Part shown: positions 58,031 through 64,000 of the stretch, in pieces
Position numbering within the stretch: the stretch's first letter is position 1
How the letters are laid out: each line of letters opens with the position of its first letter
NCBI GenBank assembly: GCA_964604825.1
Contig: CAZSAL010000007.1
Location: forward strand, 128-64,127
Length of the DNA: 64,000 nt
Source: an uncultured Elusimicrobia bacterium
Lineage (GTDB): Bacteria > Elusimicrobiota > Elusimicrobia > 2-01-FULL-59-12
Reading direction: 5' to 3'
Made by a program: the position numbers and the translations under genes
Notes under the pieces: model-generated
The model's input: the letters and a program-made list of their open reading frames with translations, nothing else
Told to the model about the DNA's origin: nothing
The model's database searches: none

Positions 58031-59299
58031 TTAGAACTGCGGCGTTACATTCGTTATCGTTTCTATTTTGGGCAGTTCAAGGGTCAGCGGCTTCGGCGTC
58101 TTGTCCGCCGGGTGCAGCTTAATCAACTCCCCCAGGTCAACCATCTGGATCATCCTGCTGTACATCGTATGGTAGTAGTAGCGCAGGCGGTAAAGATCGC
58201 CCATGGAAGTCCAGCTTGTCGCTTCCACCGTTGGCACCTTGTTCGGATCAGCCTTGGGTTCCACTACCGCTCCTTCCGGTATGTCGAACTGGTTCAGGAT
58301 CCGGAACGCCTGGAGCACCGCATCATCCGGATCGGTGATGGTATGAGCCGGATTATTGAGCGTGGCGCTCAGCATATACATGGCCCGGACGAAGCGCGAG
58401 GGCGACGTAAAGTCCCCGGGCAGGCCGATACCTCCGGTGCCATTGCTCATTTTCTTGTAATTGTAAAGGTAGTTGGTATGGAACGTGACATCTTCATGGT
58501 TTGTGGTCTGCAGCCCCACATAGTTCCTCAGGTTGGTCGTCTGCCAGTCGTATGTGGGATTGTTGGTTATGACTCCGACCGACGTAAACACCTTCGGTCT
58601 GCCGCCCACAAATTCGACCACAATCGCGATGCCGCTTTTGTCGACAACCTTATAATGCAGCTGAGGGAATACGCTGGGATCCGCCACCACGGGCTGACCG
58701 CCATATTGCACGAAAAACTGCCGCACCTGCAGATTGGGATCTTGCAGCGCATTTTCGAGATCCCCCACGGTTGCGAAGTTGCCAAGCACCCATGACGGGA
58801 AATCCATACCGTTCATGTTCGTCTGGCCGCTGTGGTACGGGGCGGTGGAATATTCTTCTGTTCCCATGTGATAGAAACCGCCGCAGTAGAGGCCCTGATC
58901 GTTTATGCCGTCGGTTATCTCCGTCATGGTGTATTCGAACTTTTTGCCGATAGGTCGCATGGGAGTAAACCCAACATATGCGTGCTGAACCACCCATGAC
59001 GATTTCTCGATCTTGGCCTGGGGATCCTGCGTACAGGCATCGATTCCCGAGACATTGCAGCTAAGATATGTATAACTTGAAGGCACGTAGAGCAGTTTCC
59101 AGCTCGTGACATCCGGGCCGAACTCCATGGTCCTTCCGGAAAAAACATATTTGGCTCCAACTTCTCTATCCTCGGTTGTTCTCGGTATTGAAAAATCAAT
59201 GCCGGTACAAGCCGCGGCGGTTCTTGCCGCAATAACTGAGATGGCGACTACGGCCGCCATTAACAGCAACCCACTGGTATATTTGCGAAGCTTGGTCAT
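58031..59299 (-). CDS. Secreted Ntn-hydrolase of the choloylglycine hydrolase / linear amide C-N hydrolase family
   Basis: 422 aa. The signal peptide ends AARTAAA and is followed by CTGIDF, which matches the N-terminal nucleophile Cys context (CTG/CTS) of BSH/PVA enzymes. Confidence 0.65.
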   Translation of the reverse strand: MTKLRKYTSGLLLMAAVVAISVIAARTAAACTGIDFSIPRTTEDREVGAKYVFSGRTMEFGPDVTSWKLLYVPSSYTYLSCNVSGIDACTQDPQAKIEKSSWVVQHAYVGFTPMRPIGKKFEYTMTEITDGINDQGLYCGGFYHMGTEEYSTAPYHSGQTNMNGMDFPSWVLGNFATVGDLENALQDPNLQVRQFFVQYGGQPVVADPSVFPQLHYKVVDKSGIAIVVEFVGGRPKVFTSVGVITNNPTYDWQTTNLRNYVGLQTTNHEDVTFHTNYLYNYKKMSNGTGGIGLPGDFTSPSRFVRAMYMLSATLNNPAHTITDPDDAVLQAFRILNQFDIPEGAVVEPKADPNKVPTVEATSWTSMGDLYRLRYYYHTMYSRMIQMVDLGELIKLHPADKTPKPLTLELPKIETITNVTPQF

Positions 59300-59343
59300 A
59301 TGCGTCTCTCCTTTTAGTAGATTCAGTAATGTCTGGTAAATTT

Positions 59344-60462
59344 TTATTCCCTGACGATCAGTACCTGCCCCGGATTCTTCTGCCCGGCTGCGGCAAGCGG
59401 ATCCTTGATTACCCGCGGGGCCCAGCTTGAGGCGCTCGGATCCTTGGCCGGGTCATAAATCACAAGCTCAGAAATCTTCAGTTCCGCGGCTTTGGAAGAA
59501 GTTTCTATCTTCTTCGGCTCTTCAGCCATTTTGCGCGCGGTCACGGCCAGAGCTTTCTTGCCGTTTGTGCGGATATAGTAGCTCTCGTTATTTTTCTCCA
59601 CCAGGGCAAGACCTTCGGACGAAAAGTCCGTGGCCACGGAATAAACCGGAACCAGAACAAAACTTCCCTTCTTATTGATATAGCCCCAGGCTCCGTTTTG
59701 CTTTGCCGCGGCCAGTTTTTGCGCGAAGGGTCGGCAATCGTCGAACTGCGGGTGCACGATGAGTTTGCCACGCCTGTTGATTACGCCCCATTTCGTATCG
59801 TCCTGCACCACACCTACGCCTTCGCTGAAGCTGAAGGCGGAATCGAACTGTGCTTCGATCGCCCAGGTACCGTTATCCTTTATATAACCCCAACCTTTGT
59901 CTGAGCGCGCGGGCGCGAGGTCTTCGCGGAAATTGCCCACGTCCGCAAAGCGCGGGTTGATCAGAAAATGCCCTTTCTTATCGATAAAGCCCCATTTCTG
60001 GCCCATGCGTACGGCCGCCTTGCCTTCGGAAAATGCTTTGGCTTCGTCATACTGGGCGGGGATCATCATCTTGCCGGTATTGTCGGCATAGCCCCACATT
60101 CCTTTAAATTTTACCGGGATCAGACCTTCGGCGAATTTCCCCACTCCTTCCACAAAATGAGGATTGATCGCGTAACGGCCTTTGGTGTCGATGAGGCCCC
60201 ACTCCTTGTCTATGCGCACCGGCGCGTATCCTTCATTGAATTTTTTAACTTCCTGATACACCGGCTCGACGACGCACTTGCCGGAAATGTCGATAAAGCC
60301 CCACTTCCCGTTGATATTTATACCGGCCAGGCCTTCGGAAAATTTCATCAGCCCATCCGCCAGCGGGCTTCCCTTTTCCTTTGTAGCCGCGCCGGATATG
60401 CCGGACAGAAAGAGTCCGCAGATTGTCATGGTCATGATCAAGTGACTGGGATTTTTTCGCAT
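59344..60462 (-). CDS. WG-repeat (KWG/WG_beta_rep) secreted protein
   Basis: I prefer the start at MRKNPSHL (ATG at 60460-60462, with GAGG 6 nt upstream). About eight repeats of the form KWGFIDxxGKxVIxPxYdEaxxFsEGxAxV. Confidence 0.75.
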   Translation of the reverse strand: MRKNPSHLIMTMTICGLFLSGISGAATKEKGSPLADGLMKFSEGLAGININGKWGFIDISGKCVVEPVYQEVKKFNEGYAPVRIDKEWGLIDTKGRYAINPHFVEGVGKFAEGLIPVKFKGMWGYADNTGKMMIPAQYDEAKAFSEGKAAVRMGQKWGFIDKKGHFLINPRFADVGNFREDLAPARSDKGWGYIKDNGTWAIEAQFDSAFSFSEGVGVVQDDTKWGVINRRGKLIVHPQFDDCRPFAQKLAAAKQNGAWGYINKKGSFVLVPVYSVATDFSSEGLALVEKNNESYYIRTNGKKALAVTARKMAEEPKKIETSSKAAELKISELVIYDPAKDPSASSWAPRVIKDPLAAAGQKNPGQVLIVRE

Positions 60463-60469
60463 TTTTACC

Positions 60470-61420
60470 TCATTTATTTTGCAAATTTTTGAGACGGAGA
60501 CTTTTTTCCTTGCCCTTGGTATCGATAAACATCTGCCGGTCGCCCTTCCGCACCAGGGCCAAGCCTTCGGAGAAGACATCCGCCTGGTCAAAGACCGGAG
60601 TGATCGCTATTCTGCCTTTCATATCCACATATCCCCATTTGCCACCTTTAAGCACCGCAGCAAGCTTTTCGCTGAAAGGTCCGGCTCCGTCGAATTTCGG
60701 ATTGATAACGAAGCGGCCTTCTTTATTGATGAAGCCCCACTGGCCGTCGTCCTGGACTGCGGCTAAGTCTTCGGAAAAAGAGAGCGCCTGATCGAACTGC
60801 GCGGGAATTTTAACTTCCCCTTGCTTATTAATAAAACCCCAGGCTTTGCCGATCTTGACCGGCGCCAGACCAGCGCTAAAATCGCCGGCAGCCGCATATA
60901 CGGGATTTAGCCGCATTATCCCTTTTTTATCCAGATAACCCCAGCGCCCGCCTTCCTGAACCGCAGCCAAGCCTTTACTGAAGCTGCGGGCACCGGAAAA
61001 CTGGAAATCGAGAAGTTTTTTATTTTGCCTGTCGATGAAGCCCCACTGGCCGTCCTGGCAGGCCAAAAGAAATCCTTCGGAGTACTCGCCCATTCCCTCA
61101 TATAGGGGATTGATCACGAAACGACCGTGAGCATCGACAAGGCCCCATTTCTTGACCAGACGCACGGGCGCGTATCCGTCGTTAAAATGATTCACTTCAC
61201 GAAAATGAAAAGGAATAATAACTTTGCCTTCGTGGTCCACGAATCCACATTGATTTTGAATGCAGACCCCGGCAAGATTGTCAGAATATTGAACGAGGTG
61301 TTTGACCGTCTGCTCTACAACAATTTCCCCGGCTTTTTCCGCGACGATCGCAGGGATAACACAGAACCCAGGTTCTGGTAGAACTCCTAAAGTTATCAAC
61401 AAAACCAGATATTTTTTCAT
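60470..61420 (-). CDS. WG-repeat (KWG/WG_beta_rep) secreted protein, paralogue
   Basis: I prefer the start at MKKYLVLLITLGVL (ATG at 61418-61420). It has the same WG repeat periodicity as 59344..60462. Confidence 0.75.
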   Translation of the reverse strand: MKKYLVLLITLGVLPEPGFCVIPAIVAEKAGEIVVEQTVKHLVQYSDNLAGVCIQNQCGFVDHEGKVIIPFHFREVNHFNDGYAPVRLVKKWGLVDAHGRFVINPLYEGMGEYSEGFLLACQDGQWGFIDRQNKKLLDFQFSGARSFSKGLAAVQEGGRWGYLDKKGIMRLNPVYAAAGDFSAGLAPVKIGKAWGFINKQGEVKIPAQFDQALSFSEDLAAVQDDGQWGFINKEGRFVINPKFDGAGPFSEKLAAVLKGGKWGYVDMKGRIAITPVFDQADVFSEGLALVRKGDRQMFIDTKGKEKSLRLKNLQNK

Positions 61421-61498
61421 TTTGTTTCTTCGACTGGATTTATAGCCATTAGATATAACGCATGTGTTCAAATCTGTCAAGGAAAACTTATGTTATGT

Positions 61499-61861
61499 CT
61501 AAATGATTTCCATAACAGGGGGCGTTTTGCCGCCTCCGGGTTTTTCATAAATATTGCCGACAACTTCGCAGTTTTGAGAGGCGCACAAAGTTGCATCAGA
61601 CTTGATGATTTCCTCTTTACCATCCGAATACCGGACAATATCACCCTCCCATATATCATTGCCGTTTTTATCCGTCATTGCCGTAACCTGGGAGATCAAG
61701 GGAATCGCTGAGCCAGAAAGAACCTCGTTGAAAATACGTCCCTGGCGCAGCACGCCGTTTTGTTCAAACCACTCAAACTGGATGCCGTACTGGTTGAATT
61801 CAATGCGTTCGGGATTAATCAGTCGTCCACCGAAAAAAATACGAAATTTTAACGTTTTCAC
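61499..61861 (-). CDS. YopX-like (phage-derived) protein
   Basis: I prefer the GTG at 61861 because GGAGG lies 5 nt upstream. (V)KTLKFRIF..., DKNGNDIWEGDIV and the C-terminal VVGNIYEKP resemble YopX motifs (IKFRAW, D.NG..I.EGDI, IGNI.ENPEL). Confidence 0.5.
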   Translation of the reverse strand: MKTLKFRIFFGGRLINPERIEFNQYGIQFEWFEQNGVLRQGRIFNEVLSGSAIPLISQVTAMTDKNGNDIWEGDIVRYSDGKEEIIKSDATLCASQNCEVVGNIYEKPGGGKTPPVMEII

Positions 61862-61933
61862 CCGACCCTCCAATATTGATGCCGCGTGCTGTAACCACAT
61901 CGCAATATTACGCTTCTAATTATAAGAGGATAA

Positions 61934-62284
61934 ATGATTAAAATTAAACGCGCTTACGATAAACCCGAGAAATCTGACGGGCACCGGATTCTTGTCGACC
62001 GGCTATGGCCGCGCGGCATAAAAAAGGAGAAACTGGCGCTTGAAGAATGGGATCGTGACCTGGCGCCATCAAATTCTCTTAGGAAATATTTCAAACATGA
62101 CCCTGGGCGATGGGAAATTTTTCAGAACAGATACCAGGAAGAGCTGCAATCCAGGGAAGCAAACGAGAAACTACACCATCTCGCTGATTTATCACGCAGG
62201 GAATCCGTAACTCTTGTTTACGGCGCCCATGACGAGAACCACAATCAGGCGGTAGTGCTCAAGCAGGTGATTGAACGGCTGTAG
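61934..62284 (+). CDS. DUF488 (YeaO-like) family protein
   Basis: 116 aa. IKRAYD.P...DG.RILVDRLWPRG..KE......W..DLAPS..LR..F.HDP..W..F, then TLVYGAHDENHN. Confidence 0.75.
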   Translation: MIKIKRAYDKPEKSDGHRILVDRLWPRGIKKEKLALEEWDRDLAPSNSLRKYFKHDPGRWEIFQNRYQEELQSREANEKLHHLADLSRRESVTLVYGAHDENHNQAVVLKQVIERL

Positions 62285-62292
62285 GTACTGCG

Positions 62293-63369
62293 TCAGCAGA
62301 TTCTGGGAAGCTGTTCACCGGTGAGCATGTCGAGAATGCGGGTGGCGCCGATACGGGATTTAAGGGTCACTACCGGGGTCTGACCCAAATAATCACTACG
62401 TTTAAGATTAGGGGCGGACTCCGCCGATGCTAAGCCCTCTACTTTTCCGATTACCGCAGCGTCAACACAATGTTTTTTCAGGATTTTTAGGGCCTTTTTC
62501 CCATCAGCCTCTTTCACAAAAGCGACAAAACGCCCCTCATTGGCAACATACAGCGGGTCCAGTCCAAGCATCTCACATGCCCCGCGCACATCTTCCCGGA
62601 CCGGAATCAACGCCTCGTCCACGGAAATATGCTCTCCGGAAGCTTCGGCGATTTCATTGAGCGCGCTGGATAGCCCGCCGCGCGTCAGGTCCCGCAGGCA
62701 ATGGATCTCGATGCCTGCCTGAAGAAGTGCCTCCACCGGCTTCCATAGCGGAGCAGAATCGCTTTCAATAGCGCTTTCAAAGGAGAGGCCCTCGCGCACA
62801 GCCATAATGGCTATGCCGTGCCGACCCAGGTCGCCTGAGACCAGCACTGCGTCGCCTGTCCGGACTTCGGAAGGTAATATGTGGACAGGATATTCCAAAA
62901 TCCCTATTCCTGAGGTGTTTATAAAAAGGCCATCGCCTTTTCCTTTATCCACCACTTTTGTGTCACCTGTAACCAAAGTAATCCCGGCCTGCCCGGCGGC
63001 GTGCGCCATTGACTGGACCACTTTTTGAAGCGTCTCCATGGGGAAGCCCTCTTCCAATATTAGGCCGCAACTCATGAACAACGGTCTGGCTCCGCACATG
63101 GCCAGATCGTTTACCGTGCCATGAACAGCCAGGCTGCCGATATCTCCTCCAGGGAAAAAAAGCGGCCGCACGACATACGAATCCGTTGTGAACGCAATGC
63201 GTGTATTGCCTACGGAAAGCACAGCCCCGTCATGGCGCTGGGAAGATGTGCTGTTAACAAATGCCGGGATAAACAGCTTTTCGATAAGGTCGTGCATCAA
63301 CTTCCCGCCGCCCCCGTGTGCGAGGGTGACGTTGGGGTAATTAGAAAAGGGAAGAGGGCATGAATTCAT
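62293..63369 (-). CDS. hypE: [NiFe]-hydrogenase maturation protein HypE
   Basis: 358 aa with a PurM-like fold (LAHGGGG, DLTRGGL) and the diagnostic C-terminal PRIC motif. Confidence 0.9.
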   Translation of the reverse strand: MNSCPLPFSNYPNVTLAHGGGGKLMHDLIEKLFIPAFVNSTSSQRHDGAVLSVGNTRIAFTTDSYVVRPLFFPGGDIGSLAVHGTVNDLAMCGARPLFMSCGLILEEGFPMETLQKVVQSMAHAAGQAGITLVTGDTKVVDKGKGDGLFINTSGIGILEYPVHILPSEVRTGDAVLVSGDLGRHGIAIMAVREGLSFESAIESDSAPLWKPVEALLQAGIEIHCLRDLTRGGLSSALNEIAEASGEHISVDEALIPVREDVRGACEMLGLDPLYVANEGRFVAFVKEADGKKALKILKKHCVDAAVIGKVEGLASAESAPNLKRSDYLGQTPVVTLKSRIGATRILDMLTGEQLPRIC

Positions 63370-64000
63370 TTTCGACGGTACCGGTAATATGCGGCGCAGG
63401 CGCCTTCAGATGATACCATGAGAGCGCCGAGGGGGCGTTCCGGAGTGCAGCGCGTACCGAAAGCCGGGCACTCGCGCGGTTTGTTGATTCCCCGCAGAAC
63501 CAGACCACTGATACATTCCGGAGACTCTTCCACCGTTACATTAGCTACACCAAAGCGCTTTTCGGCATCATATTCCTGAAAAGCTTCGGACAGCCCGAGA
63601 CCGCTCGCAGGAATCTCGCCTACCCCGCGCCATTTACGGGGCACGACCTGAAAAACCTTTCTTATAACATCCTGCGCGGGCTTATTGCCTTCCCTGCGCA
63701 CGGACCGGGAATATTGATTTTCGACTTCAGCGCGGCCTTCCTCCAACTGGCGCACGCACATGAGCACACCTTGAAGAATATCGAGCGGTTCGAAACCGGT
63801 GACAACGATGGGCACATGATATTTCCGGGCAAGAGGTTCGTATTCTGTATAGCCCATAATCGTGCAGACATGGCCTGCGGCGAGGAATCCCTGCACCCGG
63901 TTATCCGGAGCGGAAAGGATCGCTTCCATGGCCGGAGGAACAGTGACATGCGAGACAAGGATTGAGAAATTTTTGATGTTTTCCTGTTTTGCGCGATAAA
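63366..64000 (-). CDS. hypD: [NiFe]-hydrogenase maturation protein HypD, partial (N-terminus beyond the window)
   Basis: The frame stays open upstream of the track start: ...[21 protein letters not shown]..., [26 protein letters not shown]. The C-terminal Cys cluster is [11 protein letters not shown]. Confidence 0.85.
   Translation of the reverse strand, partial: YRAKQENIKNFSILVSHVTVPPAMEAILSAPDNRVQGFLAAGHVCTIMGYTEYEPLARKYHVPIVVTGFEPLDILQGVLMCVRQLEEGRAEVENQYSRSVRREGNKPAQDVIRKVFQVVPRKWRGVGEIPASGLGLSEAFQEYDAEKRFGVANVTVEESPECISGLVLRGINKPRECPAFGTRCTPERPLGALMVSSEGACAAYYRYRRK

Noticed and set aside
62411-62427. GGCGGACTCCGCC inside hypE resembles the GGCGGATCCGCC core.
   Set aside because: It is a single occurrence within a well-conserved coding region, without the flanking TCCGCCA/TGGCGGA boxes. 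It is most likely chance.

Overview
This is a 64 kb bacterial chromosomal window of roughly 50% GC. Wza, MlaDEF and PBP1A indicate a diderm cell envelope, and the organism looks like an uncultivated lineage. I found no rRNA, CRISPR array, integrase or transposase. The layout, left to right, is as follows. (i) 1-4400 is an accessory edge: a partial PRiA4_ORF3-like gene, a frameshifted AlbA_2/HATPase_c_4 gene carrying an 11-bp tandem repeat, a structured intergenic region, and an isolated treZ with a palindromic element embedded in frame. (ii) 4494-32093 is a polysaccharide island of about 27.6 kb. It starts with a plus-strand acyl-carrier cassette (CelD-type GNAT, FkbH, ACP, MaoC-SDR fusion, GNAT). 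This converges on a 12-gene minus-strand Wzx/Wzy-type operon: GT2, WbaP-like primer, Wzx-GT4 fusion, Wza, BY-kinase-like ATPase, Wzz, Wzy, GT4, a secreted DUF4091/GH123-like protein, a GT4-NodB deacetylase fusion, a CelD-type GNAT and a PRODH-fold protein. A 1421-aa paralogue of the secreted protein carrying six FN3 repeats closes the island. (iii) A ParB-like remnant and tRNA-Thr(UGU) mark the island's right edge. (iv) 32769-57745 is core: rlmB, cysS, ispF, ispD, a PIN-TRAM gene, radA, mlaDFE, alr, dnaB, rplI, rpsR, ssb, rpsF, ftsB, eno, PGM, a response regulator, GMP/PMM, PBP1A and ppdK. (v) 58031-64000 holds an Ntn-hydrolase plus two WG-repeat lipoprotein genes, a YopX-like gene, a DUF488 gene, hypE and partial hypD. 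The most interesting signals are the PKS-less FkbH/ACP cassette wired into an EPS locus that also has a NodB-type deacetylase, a recurring GGCGGAT/ATCCGCC twin-hairpin element sitting directly 5' of Shine-Dalgarno sequences (with a related palindrome inserted in frame in treZ), the inverted paralogous secreted enzymes bracketing the export core, and several unusual domain fusions. All protein family calls rest on motif recognition by eye and need HMM or BLAST confirmation.
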